Shown: one piece after another, positions 53,174 to 63,346 of the stretch | Layout: every line of letters begins with the position of its first letter | Position numbering within the stretch: the first letter of the stretch is position 1 | Sequence record: OL744216.1 | Direction: 5' to 3' (one strand) | DNA length: 64,000 nt | Origin: Enterobacter phage vB_ExiM_F4M1E | Notes under the pieces: model-generated | Told to the model about the DNA's origin: nothing | Database searches by the model: none | What the model saw: the letters and a program-made list of their open reading frames with translations, nothing else | Translations under genes and position numbers: made by a program

Positions 53174-53557
53174 TTAGGGATATTGCTTAAATGGAAGCTG
53201 GAAGTGTGGACCATCCTTAAAGGTGGTCCAGTCACCGCCCCACTCAAGCGGTACGCCGAGTTCCTTCGCTGCTGCCTTCATGGCATCCGCCAGAGGATAG
53301 TAATACTTCCAATCCCAACTGACTTTGCCATCAACCAGGGGCCAAAGATCCACTGCGTGGCCTGTCAAGTGACGACTGTTCATCGTCTTGCTCTTGCCCT
53401 CGGCAACGTACTTACGCTGGGTTTCGATGGTCCGAAGACCCTCCCCAACGGTGAAGTCCCGGTCTACCTTAGTCAGTGCGAGTTTGACAACCTTAACGAG
53501 GTCCGGGTGGACCCCTTTCAGGCGCTCAAGGCTACGTTTGCCCAGTACAAATGCCAT
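53174..53557 (-). CDS. endolysin, L-alanyl-D-glutamate peptidase (M15/VanY-like)
   Basis: 127 aa; zinc-ligand pattern SRHLTGHAVDL typical of T5-type Lys. Confidence 0.65.
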   Translation of the reverse strand: MAFVLGKRSLERLKGVHPDLVKVVKLALTKVDRDFTVGEGLRTIETQRKYVAEGKSKTMNSRHLTGHAVDLWPLVDGKVSWDWKYYYPLADAMKAAAKELGVPLEWGGDWTTFKDGPHFQLPFKQYP

Positions 53558-53565
53558 ATTACTCC

Positions 53566-53979
53566 TTATTGCAGGGTTGGCTTACTTACGACGCCATAAA
53601 GAAGCTCCTGCTGCACTTCCTCAAGCGCCGGGATGATCTGGAGATTCATCTCCGAGATCGCATCCTGATACAGAAGATCAGAATGATATTGCTTCAGATA
53701 AACCGGGTTCAGCGCCGCCAAATGCTCGGTGAAGATGTTCCGCAGTTTATTGTGATAATCTTCCCCGGCAAGAAGATTGACCAGCTTTTCTTGGTCACGA
53801 ATGCGGCGAACATCATCTGCCGTCTTGTCTTCGATATCCTGAAGAAACTCCAGCGTCTCCTCAGCCACCTCAAGCTGCGGGTCGATATTCATTGCCGCCA
53901 GTCGGTCCGCCACGATGTGTACCAGATCCAGATGCGCTGCGTCCGGAGAAACTACGGTATTCTCAGCCAGTTCACTCAT
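53566..53979 (-). CDS. hypothetical protein (137 aa; start at MSELAEN)
   Basis: AAGGAGAAG RBS before internal ATG. Confidence 0.45.
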   Translation of the reverse strand: MSELAENTVVSPDAAHLDLVHIVADRLAAMNIDPQLEVAEETLEFLQDIEDKTADDVRRIRDQEKLVNLLAGEDYHNKLRNIFTEHLAALNPVYLKQYHSDLLYQDAISEMNLQIIPALEEVQQELLYGVVSKPTLQ

Positions 53980-53989
53980 TCCCTTCTCC

Positions 53990-54277
53990 TTACAGTTCGC
54001 CAATGTCGAAATCGCCAGCTTTAACGACTTCTTTTTCAGACTCAAAATGAGCCACTAACTCAGTGTACCCGCCGATGTAACGATCGTCAAGGAAAATCTG
54101 CGGCACTGTGGCAGCAGGTCGCCCCGTCGCATCTTTCACCCAAGCGTTCATTTGCATGAAGAACACTTCGTCCTCCAGAACATCCTTGTACGTGAACTCC
54201 AACAGTTTGGACTGAAGCAGTTCCTTGGCCCGCACACAGTACGGGCAGTTTTCCTTACCGAACACTGTAAAGTACAT
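53990..54277 (-). CDS. glutaredoxin (NrdH/Grx-like redoxin)
   Basis: CPYC active site; GGAGGT RBS; adjacent to nrdAB. Confidence 0.65.
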   Translation of the reverse strand: MYFTVFGKENCPYCVRAKELLQSKLLEFTYKDVLEDEVFFMQMNAWVKDATGRPAATVPQIFLDDRYIGGYTELVAHFESEKEVVKAGDFDIGEL

Positions 54278-54501
54278 CAAACCTCCACAAACATAGCCAA
54301 CACAGGCGACTTCGGATTAAAGTAATCTACGTGCGCCTCCAGCGGGCCGTGGTTCTCAAAAGTTCCCAGCGTGTGGGGGATGCCGTCATCGTCGTAGACC
54401 AAGTTCAGGTCTTTGCTGTATTTGTACACAGATCCCGGCTTAAACGGGTTATCCATGCTCTTTGCTGCTACTTTGCAATACACATCCTGCAAATCTTCCA
54501 T
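54277..54501 (-). CDS. hypothetical protein (74 aa)
   Basis: ATGA overlap. Confidence 0.4.
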   Translation of the reverse strand: MEDLQDVYCKVAAKSMDNPFKPGSVYKYSKDLNLVYDDDGIPHTLGTFENHGPLEAHVDYFNPKSPVLAMFVEV

Positions 54502-54722
54502 TATTCCTCCACGATTTCGAAAGTTGCCACAATTGCGCTGTCTTCATCGCAACAAGCGGCACGGACCGTAACCCCATCCGGCTCCAATTCCCAGTTGTGG
54601 TCAGTTTCGTCGATAGAGTCGTTGTCGGCGACACCATATTCCAAATCTGCACCGTAAACCTTGCCGACGGTGAAGAATTTTCCGTACCCATTACCAACGG
54701 TCTTGCATTTCAGCTTTGCCAT
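54501..54722 (-). CDS. hypothetical protein (73 aa)
   Basis: ORF between grx and nrdB. Confidence 0.4.
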   Translation of the reverse strand: MAKLKCKTVGNGYGKFFTVGKVYGADLEYGVADNDSIDETDHNWELEPDGVTVRAACCDEDSAIVATFEIVEE

Positions 54723-54731
54723 AAAACCCCC

Positions 54732-55829
54732 TTACAGGTCCATATTGAAGTCGGACGCACTCATTGAAGAATCAACCTGGCCGGACAGATACTGACCGTT
54801 CTCGGTTTCCTGTGGTGTTACTTGCACGTTCCCGGTATTCAGGTGACTGTTGATCCAAGGAATTGGGTTCTTGGTCGGCTTACCGATCAGTTCACCCAGA
54901 CCAACCGCTCGCATACGCTGGTCGGTGATGTAGTCGATGTAACCGTCCAGCATACCTTTGTTCAGGCCGATCATCGAACCGTCTTTGAACAGGAAGCTGC
55001 CCCAGTCTTTCTCCTGCACCGATGCGTCGATAAAGCCCTGTCGTGCCTCTTCGTAGCAATCTTCTGCCACACGTGCAAACAGGTCACCTTCGTTACCGTT
55101 CTGCATTTCTTTCAGCATATACTGAGTTCCGGACAAATGCAAGGCTTCATCACGAGCAATCAGTTCAATAATGTTGGTGTTACCCAGCATTACGCCGCGC
55201 TCACCGAAAGCGAAGGAGCAGGCGAAGCTCACGTAGAAACGGATCGCTTCCAGTGCATTGATGTTGTGCAGGCACAGATACAGCGCACGAGCGTGTTTGT
55301 ACGGATCAACCGGAAGGTTCAGGGCCTTACGGCAGTTCAGTTCGTACAGGTCATCATACATCTTCGTCACCGCCTCGGCGCGGGCGATAATCTCCGGCGA
55401 CTTCATGATATCGTCAAAGACGATCGAGGGGTCTGCCAGGATGTTGCGGATGATATGGGTGTATGAGCGGGAGTGGATTGTCTCACTGAACGCCCAAGTT
55501 TCAACCCATGTCTCCAGGGTGGTGTCGGACACGATCGGCAGAAGGACTGCGTTCGGCCCACGGCCCTGTACAGAATCCAGAAGGATCTGGTACTTCAGGT
55601 TACTGATGAAGATGTGCTTCTCGTGATCCGGCAGGTTCATGTAGTCGATTCGGTCACGAGTGACGTTCACCTCTTCAGGACGCCAGAAGAACGCCAGTTG
55701 CTTCTCAATCAGCTTCTCGAACTTGGCATGTTTCTGCTGGTCATAACGAGAAACGTTCGGTGTCTCGCCGAGGAACATCGGCTGAGTCAGGAAGTCGAAT
55801 TTGTTCTGGTTGAAAGTGCTGTAAGACAT
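54732..55829 (-). CDS. nrdB: ribonucleotide reductase class Ia small subunit
   Basis: ferritin-like di-iron motifs, C-terminal tail; AGGAGAAAACA RBS before ATG 55829. Confidence 0.85.
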   Translation of the reverse strand: MSYSTFNQNKFDFLTQPMFLGETPNVSRYDQQKHAKFEKLIEKQLAFFWRPEEVNVTRDRIDYMNLPDHEKHIFISNLKYQILLDSVQGRGPNAVLLPIVSDTTLETWVETWAFSETIHSRSYTHIIRNILADPSIVFDDIMKSPEIIARAEAVTKMYDDLYELNCRKALNLPVDPYKHARALYLCLHNINALEAIRFYVSFACSFAFGERGVMLGNTNIIELIARDEALHLSGTQYMLKEMQNGNEGDLFARVAEDCYEEARQGFIDASVQEKDWGSFLFKDGSMIGLNKGMLDGYIDYITDQRMRAVGLGELIGKPTKNPIPWINSHLNTGNVQVTPQETENGQYLSGQVDSSMSASDFNMDL

Positions 55830-55899
55830 TGTTTTCTCCTTTTCTCTAAACTTGTGGTCCATTATACAGATGCCGGACCAAGTGTCAACACCCTAAGAC

Positions 55900-55930
55900 A
55901 GAAAAACCGCCCCGAAGGGCGGTTTACTAT
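55900..55930 (-). terminator. hairpin between nrdA and nrdB (CCGCCC-TTCG-GGGCGGTTTTTCTG on minus strand)
   Basis: GC stem plus T-run; terminator or attenuator. Confidence 0.5.
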
Positions 55931-56105
55931 TTCAGGATTCTCTGCATATCCCGGTATATCGCCCGGTGATCCCTACAGGAGCACAAGTTTACACGATACC
56001 CGTTGTTGAGGACATCCTTTTTCATCCTTGCGTCGTAATCCTTGGTCCAACTAATCATCCGCCAGCGGCGGTAGATGAACCACCATAACACAGTCATACG
56101 GCCCC

Positions 56106-58364
56106 TTACAGTTTGCAAGCACCGCCGCCGCAACCATCATCATCCTGATCGTTGCCGTCTTTGGTCTCTTGGTAGTACAGAGTCTTCAGTCCATGCTTAT
56201 ACGCCCACATGATGTCTCGCAGCACGACCTTAATCGGCAGCTTACCGCCCGGGAAATCCCAAGGCTTGTAGAAGGTGTTCGCCGACGCAGCTTGGTCGAT
56301 GAACTTCTGCATGATTGCCACGAGGCCCAAGTAAGGGAGCGGAGAATCCATGTCCCACTTGTACTCGTAGACCACGCTCGGGTCTTCTACCCCCGGCACC
56401 AACACTGGTAGCATCCCAGCGGAGGATTTCTTGAAGGAAATCGCATCACGAGGAGGCTCGAACCCGTTGGTGGAGTTGGTGATTTGGCTGGAGGTCTCAC
56501 AAGGCATCATCGTGGACAGCGTAGAGTTACGCAGGCCATGAAGCGCGATGTCGAGGCGCAGCTTTTCCCAATCCATCTTCAGTTCCGCAGTGTGGAGGGC
56601 ATCCACTTCCTTCTTGTAACGGTCGATCGGCAGAATGCCTTGAGAATACGTGGTCTCGTGGAAGAGATCACATTTACCCAGTTCTTTCGCCAGGTCAACC
56701 GACGCTTCCAGCAGGTAATACTGGAATGCTTCAGCCAGTTCGTGAACAGCGTTTGCTGCACGAGGATCGCTGTACTTCAGCCCGCGCTTCGCCAGGTAGT
56801 ACGCCAAGTTGGTCCAGCCGATACCCAGTGTACGGCGCAGTTTAGTCTTCTCCGCTGCCAGTACCGGATAGTTCTGGTAGTCCAGCAGACGATCCAGAGC
56901 ACGAACCAGTGTACGGACAGGCTCACGCATGTCTTCCAGCTTCTCAATCTTACCAAGGTTAATGGCAGACAGAGTACACAGGGCCACTTCACCCGGATCT
57001 TTCGGGTCGTTAATGTCATTGATCGGGTGCGTCGGCAGCGCGATCTCCATGCACAGGTTGGACTGTTTCACCGGGGCCTGTTTAGGGTCAAACGGGCTGT
57101 TGGTGTTGCAGTGGTCAACGTGCTGAACATAAATACGACCAGTTTGTGAACGCTCCTGCCCAAAGACAGAGAATGCGTCCGCCGCAGAGATAGACTTCTT
57201 CGCCACGGAAGGATCTGCTTCCAGTTCCTCGTAAAGCTGTTGGAATTTCTCCTGGTCAGAGAAGAAATACTCATACAGCTTACCACCTGCCACGTTAGGA
57301 TGGAACAACGTGATGTTTTTGCCATGCTGAAGGCGAGTGTACAGCAGCTTGTTGATCTGGAGGCCATAGTCCACATGGCGAGCACGAGTGCTCTCGGTGC
57401 CACGGTTGTTCTTCAGAACGATCAGGCTCTCAAAATCCCAGTGCCACATCGGGTAGAAATAGTTAGCCGATGCCTTACGGACGCCGCCCTGAGAGGTCCA
57501 CCCAAGAGACTCTTGGTACATACGGACAATCGGGACGGTGCCTGCGTGTTTAACCTCGCCACCACGAATGGCTGCATCCTGACCACGAATCATACCGAAG
57601 TTCAGGCCGATCCCTGCACGTTGCGCCGCATACTTACCTTGTGCGGTGTTGGCATTAAAGATCTGGTTGATATCGTCACCAGACTCGATCAGTACGCAAG
57701 AGCTAAACTGACGGGTCGGGGTACGAACACCTGCCATGATCGGTGTCGGTAAGGACACCTTCATCAGGGACACGTTCTCGTACAGATCAACAATTCGATC
57801 CAGACGGGTCTTTTTATCTTCCTTAGACAAGAGGCCCATAGCGATCAACATCAGCGCCATCTGAGGAGATTCGTAAATCTCCCCGGTAACACGGTTCTTG
57901 ACCAGATACTTGTCTTCGTACTGGCGCATGGCGGCATAGGTGTAATCGAAGTCGCGGTCGTGAACGATCTTATCATTCAGGAAAGCAATCTCATCACGGG
58001 TGTAATCGTCCAGCAGATGACGATCGTACTTGCCGTTGCCCACGTTAAGATAAATCTGATGGAACAGGTCGAACGGCTGGAAATCACCATATGCCTCTTT
58101 ACGGATCTTGAACAGCAGCAGTCGTGCAGCAGCGTACTGATAATCCGGGTTCTGAACACTAATCAGGTCAGATGCGGCCTTGATCAGTGTTTCGTGAATG
58201 GCCTTTGTTGTTACGCCATCGAACATTTGGATCTGGGCTTTCATAAGGATCTCTGATGCACACACATCGAGACCTTCACATGCCCACTCTACCACACGGT
58301 TAGCCTTCTCGGCATCGAACTTCTCTGTCGAACCGGAATTTTTTACAACATTAATGCTGGTCAA
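56106..58364 (-). CDS. nrdA: ribonucleotide reductase class Ia large subunit (TTG start)
   Basis: N-terminal ATP-cone, catalytic Cys region, C-terminal CGGGACKL tail; AAGGAG RBS 6 nt before TTG. Confidence 0.9.
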   Translation of the reverse strand: MTSINVVKNSGSTEKFDAEKANRVVEWACEGLDVCASEILMKAQIQMFDGVTTKAIHETLIKAASDLISVQNPDYQYAAARLLLFKIRKEAYGDFQPFDLFHQIYLNVGNGKYDRHLLDDYTRDEIAFLNDKIVHDRDFDYTYAAMRQYEDKYLVKNRVTGEIYESPQMALMLIAMGLLSKEDKKTRLDRIVDLYENVSLMKVSLPTPIMAGVRTPTRQFSSCVLIESGDDINQIFNANTAQGKYAAQRAGIGLNFGMIRGQDAAIRGGEVKHAGTVPIVRMYQESLGWTSQGGVRKASANYFYPMWHWDFESLIVLKNNRGTESTRARHVDYGLQINKLLYTRLQHGKNITLFHPNVAGGKLYEYFFSDQEKFQQLYEELEADPSVAKKSISAADAFSVFGQERSQTGRIYVQHVDHCNTNSPFDPKQAPVKQSNLCMEIALPTHPINDINDPKDPGEVALCTLSAINLGKIEKLEDMREPVRTLVRALDRLLDYQNYPVLAAEKTKLRRTLGIGWTNLAYYLAKRGLKYSDPRAANAVHELAEAFQYYLLEASVDLAKELGKCDLFHETTYSQGILPIDRYKKEVDALHTAELKMDWEKLRLDIALHGLRNSTLSTMMPCETSSQITNSTNGFEPPRDAISFKKSSAGMLPVLVPGVEDPSVVYEYKWDMDSPLPYLGLVAIMQKFIDQAASANTFYKPWDFPGGKLPIKVVLRDIMWAYKHGLKTLYYQETKDGNDQDDDGCGGGACKL

Positions 58365-58382
58365 GCGGATCTCCTTATTGAA

Positions 58383-58613
58383 TTACTTAGCTTCAGGCTT
58401 TTTGACTTCGTACTGCTCAACATCTTCCTCGGAAGCCGCACCGAGGCGGATTGTTTTACCGGAGTACGGGTCGTGGTACGTGTCGTCGTAACCCATCGAC
58501 TCATCACACAGGTCGTTGAACTGCAACCAGCCAATATACTCGGCTTTGCTTTGGAAGCCACGTTTGAACCACTTAGTCTGCTCATCCGGAACAGCATTGT
58601 TTTTCTTCGCCAT
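58383..58613 (-). CDS. hypothetical protein (76 aa)
   Basis: ORF upstream of nrdA. Confidence 0.4.
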   Translation of the reverse strand: MAKKNNAVPDEQTKWFKRGFQSKAEYIGWLQFNDLCDESMGYDDTYHDPYSGKTIRLGAASEEDVEQYEVKKPEAK

Positions 58614-58615
58614 GA

Positions 58616-59110
58616 TTATGCTCCTTTCACCAGGTTGAAAATGTCATCCATGTCATCGAACTCTGGCAAGTCCATGACGATCACGTCGCTACGATCCTCG
58701 CGTTTGGTATACTTGCGGGTGTTGACCTTTTCCACAGATGGGATGTCGAACGCCAGAGAGTTCACCAGTGCAGCGCCGACGGCACTGTTCACGTCGAGGA
58801 CATCTACTTTATCATAAATTCCCACGAACGGGAAGTCACGTTCATCACGCAGACGACCTGAGAAAATGGTTGTCGTGCGGAACATGTAAGGCTTATCAGC
58901 ACATCGGACATTTACGCCGTCCATGCGATCAATCTTGCATGGGACGTACAGACCAGTCTCTTCATTCAGGACAGAGACCTCAAATCCAATCAGGTGCAAC
59001 ACTTGGCGAAGGGTTTCCTTTTTCTTCATGTCCTTTCCAAGAAACTTTGCACACTCGACGATGAAATCCAGAGTCACAGAGCCATATTTAATATTTTTAC
59101 CGAAAGCCAT
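58616..59110 (-). CDS. hypothetical protein (164 aa; start at MAFGKN)
   Basis: GAGGAG RBS before internal ATG. Confidence 0.45.
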   Translation of the reverse strand: MAFGKNIKYGSVTLDFIVECAKFLGKDMKKKETLRQVLHLIGFEVSVLNEETGLYVPCKIDRMDGVNVRCADKPYMFRTTTIFSGRLRDERDFPFVGIYDKVDVLDVNSAVGAALVNSLAFDIPSVEKVNTRKYTKREDRSDVIVMDLPEFDDMDDIFNLVKGA

Positions 59111-59191
59111 TTTACATCTCCTCGTACACAAATTCCGGGGCCAATGCCCCGGTCATAACAGAATAGGGTAAGGTTACTTCTTTGTCAAACT

Positions 59192-60205
59192 TTATTTTGC
59201 AACATGGCCCGGAATTAACTGACGGTGCTGGATGAACCCCTTGAAGTTACCCGACCAGAAGTTACCGTCACGATCAACATGAGTGATCCCCTCTTCCCAT
59301 GTCTCAACGCACCAGAAGACGTTTACTTGCTGCTGTCCATACTCGACGTCATCCCAAGTCTCTTCGATCTCTCGCGCCTGATGTTCGAAAGGAGAAGCAT
59401 GGACCTTCTTCCCAGCAACCAGTCGGGTGTAGATGTCCAGTGCCTTGTCCTTGGTACTGTCCAGACGGCGGTAGCTCACCTGACCACAGCAAGAGGCAGA
59501 GATACGCAGAGCCTCTTCCTCGGTCAGCATTACCGGGCGATCATTTTCGTCCAGAACGCAGTAACCTTCGAAGATGTGTGCGTCGCCCTCCGGCCCGAAA
59601 CCGTACACGTGGTCAACATACGGTGTGTGCCATACGCCCGGCTGGAGTAACTCCGGCTCCGAGTTTTCCATCGCCTCTTTCATGAGATTTGCCAGCACTT
59701 CGATCGTAGGGTCTGCATCCGCATCGACACGAAGCCACAGGAAGTTTTCCATTTCCGTTGCGGTCATGACCGTCTTCATCATCTGGAACGGTTCGATCAG
59801 GCGATTGGCGATCTGTTTGTGATAGCCCGCCTCTTCAAAGCTCAAAGCCATGTCACAAGCCCGACGGGCGGCAATGGCCCATGCGGCACGTCCAGTCACT
59901 TTACGGCATAATCCGGAGACATCAACCATACCATCATGCTCGGCCCCCTTGTCCTGCATACCCGGCTGGTTTGAACCGAATCGAACGGGCATTGCCATGT
60001 TGGTACGGATCAACTCAACCATCTTTTTGATCGGCACGGCGCGGGATGACATCGCGTTTCGGCTGAACAGTCGGTGAGTCATAAACTCGCTGTGGATGAT
60101 ACGGGGGTACGTCAGTTCAAACGTCGTGATACGCCCGCCGCGCTGGCCCACCGAGTCTGCGATAATCTGAACTTCGATGTTGCCTTTGCTAAATACCTGA
60201 CCCAT
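59192..60205 (-). CDS. thyX: flavin-dependent thymidylate synthase-like (ThyX family), unusually long (337 aa)
   Basis: HSEFMTHRLFSRNAMSSRA resembles ThyX RHRx7S motif; nucleotide-metabolism neighbourhood. Confidence 0.5.
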   Translation of the reverse strand: MGQVFSKGNIEVQIIADSVGQRGGRITTFELTYPRIIHSEFMTHRLFSRNAMSSRAVPIKKMVELIRTNMAMPVRFGSNQPGMQDKGAEHDGMVDVSGLCRKVTGRAAWAIAARRACDMALSFEEAGYHKQIANRLIEPFQMMKTVMTATEMENFLWLRVDADADPTIEVLANLMKEAMENSEPELLQPGVWHTPYVDHVYGFGPEGDAHIFEGYCVLDENDRPVMLTEEEALRISASCCGQVSYRRLDSTKDKALDIYTRLVAGKKVHASPFEHQAREIEETWDDVEYGQQQVNVFWCVETWEEGITHVDRDGNFWSGNFKGFIQHRQLIPGHVAK

Positions 60206-60220
60206 TAAAATCTCCTCTAA

Positions 60221-60442
60221 TTACTTCAACTTACGCAATCGGTAAGGACCAACAATATTGTGCCGGACAGCAAGGTAGATGTCAAACATTTCCTTACACA
60301 TGTCCTGAGTTACTCGGAAAGAGGTGAGGAGGTCTCCCTCCTCAGATCTCACCTCAACATGTTCGCCATAGCGAACGATGTATCGACCTTTCCCGCACCG
60401 CATTACAGGGTTTCCAGCAGCCACTCGGCGATCACGTTCCAA
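60221..60442 (-). CDS. hypothetical protein (73 aa)
   Basis: ORF in array. Confidence 0.4.
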   Translation of the reverse strand: MERDRRVAAGNPVMRCGKGRYIVRYGEHVEVRSEEGDLLTSFRVTQDMCKEMFDIYLAVRHNIVGPYRLRKLK

Positions 60443-61014
60443 TCACTGGATACCAAATCGTATTGGGTACGAGGGGCTTCTTCCTGAGTGAACGGGGTGT
60501 CAAATTTTACCTTGATCACCTCATCCGGGAACTGGTTCAGGAACTGGTGACGATCGTCGATGATTACGCCACCAGCCACGCCTGCTTTTACTTTTGTCGC
60601 ATAAAACCCGCTGCCGTCAGAACCACCGTCCAGATCCAAAAATGGGCACTGGCGCTTCAGGAAGCGTACTTTGCTGCTGAAGTGGCCCTTCTTGCAGTAA
60701 GATACGAACCGAATCGGGTGACCTGCCTCATGGAGGCGACGGACGGCATCAACTGCCCCCGGCAAAGGCTTCAATTTGTCGTAAAGATGCGGATCTTCCC
60801 AGAACTCATAAGGTTCAATGGCTTCCTTGCAGCGATTAGGGAAATACTTGGACAGGTTGTAATTATACAACCCATTCTCGTAACGATCGCGCTGCATAGC
60901 GTCGCTATCTGGGTCACACTGATACACATCCGTCATCCAGTCAAGCCAAGGCCAGCCAGAATCAACAAAGGTCAGGTCCACATCGATCAGGATCGGGGTC
61001 TTAGTGAATGACAT
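60403..61014 (-). CDS. HAD-superfamily 5'(3')-deoxyribonucleotidase-like (start at MSFTK)
   Basis: DxDxT motif LIDVDLTFVD; AAGGGAG RBS. Confidence 0.5.
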   Translation of the reverse strand: MSFTKTPILIDVDLTFVDSGWPWLDWMTDVYQCDPDSDAMQRDRYENGLYNYNLSKYFPNRCKEAIEPYEFWEDPHLYDKLKPLPGAVDAVRRLHEAGHPIRFVSYCKKGHFSSKVRFLKRQCPFLDLDGGSDGSGFYATKVKAGVAGGVIIDDRHQFLNQFPDEVIKVKFDTPFTQEEAPRTQYDLVSSDWNVIAEWLLETL

Positions 61015-61660
61015 ACAGGTCGCTCCCTTTACAGTCTTGCACAAACTCACAAATCTTACGGACCGTTCCGTTAAGATCGCCTTCTTCGTTCAGAATATCA
61101 GTCTCGTACATCCGGAGATGTTCAGGAAACTCTTTCGCATAGATATATCGGCGAGAATCCCCATCGAAGTTGTACTCCGTACCATCTTTCTTGAGTCGGT
61201 GGATTCGGACAAGGAAATAATTGTCCGGTCCGACCACATTCACAACCGGAATGGACTCCTCCAGGAACCCTCCGTCGCTAACCACAACTACCAGTTGCAC
61301 ATCTGCCGGGGTTTCATCCTTCAGTTTTTGCAACTTGGCGGCGAAAGCCTTGCCAAACACATCGTTGCCGAAGGTTGGCTTCATGATATTCTCAGAGCAG
61401 TGGATCATCCAGTCACGAGGACTGACGTTCACTCCGTTGATCTGGAGATACGGGCACGGCTTCTCTTTGTACTCACGCTCATACAGGGCGAACCACAGCT
61501 TACGGCTCAGGCCGGATGCCCGGATGGCGATATCGAACAGAAGCTCCTTGAACTCCATGTGGACGACCTCAAACCCCGGGGTGTTGATGTAACTGTGGAG
61601 ACCTTCGCACAATGCATCTTTGCCAGCGCCCGCTGGGGCGTTCAAATTAATCAGGATCAT
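61001..61660 (-). CDS. deoxynucleoside monophosphate kinase-like
   Basis: P-loop NAPAGAGKD at N-terminus, T4 gp1-like size. Confidence 0.5.
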   Translation of the reverse strand: MILINLNAPAGAGKDALCEGLHSYINTPGFEVVHMEFKELLFDIAIRASGLSRKLWFALYEREYKEKPCPYLQINGVNVSPRDWMIHCSENIMKPTFGNDVFGKAFAAKLQKLKDETPADVQLVVVVSDGGFLEESIPVVNVVGPDNYFLVRIHRLKKDGTEYNFDGDSRRYIYAKEFPEHLRMYETDILNEEGDLNGTVRKICEFVQDCKGSDLYVIH

Positions 61661-61965
61661 TAGTTCTCAAACTCCTCTCTGTACCAAGATGGCTTTTTAG
61701 CCAAATAACCATTAATCCGCTCAAGTTCATCAAGGACCGCACGGGCCTTTCCTTCACTGGTGAATTTTCGGATTGTTTTCCAACCCTTCCTGTGAAGAGG
61801 ACTACCAACATAAGGTTCACTTTCCACATACCGGAACTCCTGAACCTTATACTTAAAGAAGTAGGAAGTTGGGTCATAGAAGACACGATACTTGAACTGG
61901 TCCCCATTTTCCCTGTGCGCCTGCTTCTTGTCAAGCGCAGCTTTCATCTCTGCCGTAATAAACAT
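61660..61965 (-). CDS. hypothetical protein (101 aa)
   Basis: ATGA overlap. Confidence 0.4.
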   Translation of the reverse strand: MFITAEMKAALDKKQAHRENGDQFKYRVFYDPTSYFFKYKVQEFRYVESEPYVGSPLHRKGWKTIRKFTSEGKARAVLDELERINGYLAKKPSWYREEFEN

Positions 61966-61985
61966 GATCGTTTCTCCCTTTCCAA

Positions 61986-62015
61986 AAAGAAAACCGCCCC
62001 GAAGGGCGGCTTTGA
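61986..62015 (-). terminator. intrinsic terminator after exonuclease gene (CCGCCC-TTCG-GGGCGGTTTTCTTTTTG on minus strand)
   Basis: hairpin plus T-run. Confidence 0.6.
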
Positions 62016-63098
62016 TTACAGAATGTTCGCCAGCGTTTTCTTCATCGCTGCCTTCTCACGAACGTTCTGGCGGTCACGGGCACAAGACCCGCATTCCTGA
62101 CAACGGTACACCTTGAATTTGGACAGGAATGTGTGGGCAGATTTGCCTTTTTCTTCCACCAAATCGTCGGAACCGCAGCGTACACATCGCATCACAGACT
62201 GATCCGGGTGGAACAGGGCAATGTTAGGGTGCTTACGCATAAACGGACGAACGGTCAGGTACAGTTCCTCCAGTGTCGGGATATCCCCGATGTTGTACTC
62301 TTCCATTTCGTCGAATGCCGTAGGATCACCTTCCACACAGCGACGCCACAGACCGAATCCTTCGTGAGACAACTTACGGCTGTCCAGTTCGAAGTAGTTA
62401 CACGCCGCTTCCAGTGCATTGGAAGGCAGAGAGAACGACTCCTTCAGTGCCGCCAGTGTGTCGATCGTGATGTATGGGCTTGGCGGTTGCATACCGTAAT
62501 ATGCGAAACGCTGGTTGGCCCAACCACGGTCGAAACGGGCGTTGTGTGCAATGAAGATATCACACTCGTCAAGGACTTGCCAGAGATCCTGAATCAGTTT
62601 TTTATCCGATTGATGATCTCGTGCAAACTCTTCCGGGTAGTCGGTCAGTTTACGACTGAAGATGGACGGGTTGTGCAGCCACTTCCCGGCGAACGTCAGC
62701 ATGTACGGCTCTTGAATAACCTGCTTCGGCGCGATGAATTGCTTGAAGCGACCAAACGAATAGGCGATGCTCGGAGATGTCTCGACATCACCAAGGAACA
62801 CTTTGGCACCCGGGTTATTTTCCTTCACCTTTTCAATGAAGGTCTTCTGGATCTCGGCGACAGTCTTGCCGCTATTGACCTGTTGCTGCATGAAATCCGC
62901 ATACTCGTCCGGAGTTGGGATGCTATCGATCAGTTCCTGAACAGTGTCCAGATTACGTGCTTCCAGTTCACGCTTCAGCATGTTGCGTACAGTTGACTCT
63001 TGAGATTCCTTGCCCAGTTGACGGGCCACCTCACGTTGGGACAACCCACCCTTCATCAGAGCCATAACCTGTTCAACAGTAAAAGTCACATTAGCCAA
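62016..63098 (-). CDS. DnaQ-like 3'-5' exonuclease with N-terminal HTH and C-terminal zinc ribbon
   Basis: DEDD motifs (FLGDVETS, FIAHNARFD); CVRCGS...CQECGSC ribbon. Confidence 0.65.
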   Translation of the reverse strand: MANVTFTVEQVMALMKGGLSQREVARQLGKESQESTVRNMLKRELEARNLDTVQELIDSIPTPDEYADFMQQQVNSGKTVAEIQKTFIEKVKENNPGAKVFLGDVETSPSIAYSFGRFKQFIAPKQVIQEPYMLTFAGKWLHNPSIFSRKLTDYPEEFARDHQSDKKLIQDLWQVLDECDIFIAHNARFDRGWANQRFAYYGMQPPSPYITIDTLAALKESFSLPSNALEAACNYFELDSRKLSHEGFGLWRRCVEGDPTAFDEMEEYNIGDIPTLEELYLTVRPFMRKHPNIALFHPDQSVMRCVRCGSDDLVEEKGKSAHTFLSKFKVYRCQECGSCARDRQNVREKAAMKKTLANIL

Positions 63099-63112
63099 AA
63101 TTAATCTCCCGA

Positions 63113-63346
63113 TTACTTACAAAATTCGATAATGTCTACCACGGCGAAGTCACGAACATCGTCTTTATCGACATCGTGCGCCTTGATGAACCACTGAGCG
63201 CCTTTATGGTACTCACTTTCCCCGTACCAGAACATTGGGGCACCCTTGATGGTTCGATAACCGCATTCACCTCTCCAGTTACGGTAGAAGAACCGAATGT
63301 TCGGGGCATCCAACCCCGCATACAGACTTCGATCGATCTTACTCAT
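63113..63346 (-). CDS. hypothetical protein (77 aa; start at MSKIDR)
   Basis: GGAGGAAG RBS. Confidence 0.4.
   Translation of the reverse strand: MSKIDRSLYAGLDAPNIRFFYRNWRGECGYRTIKGAPMFWYGESEYHKGAQWFIKAHDVDKDDVRDFAVVDIIEFCK

Noticed and set aside
59225-60077. Several plus-strand ORFs (59225-59650, 59299-59685, 59850-60077) inside the thyX region
   Set aside because: They are antisense to the ThyX-like gene, Arg/Pro-rich, and without RBS.
62133-62996. ORF 62133-62996(+) 287 aa
   Set aside because: It is antisense to the DnaQ-like exonuclease (DEDD motifs on the minus strand). It is an artefact of high coding density.
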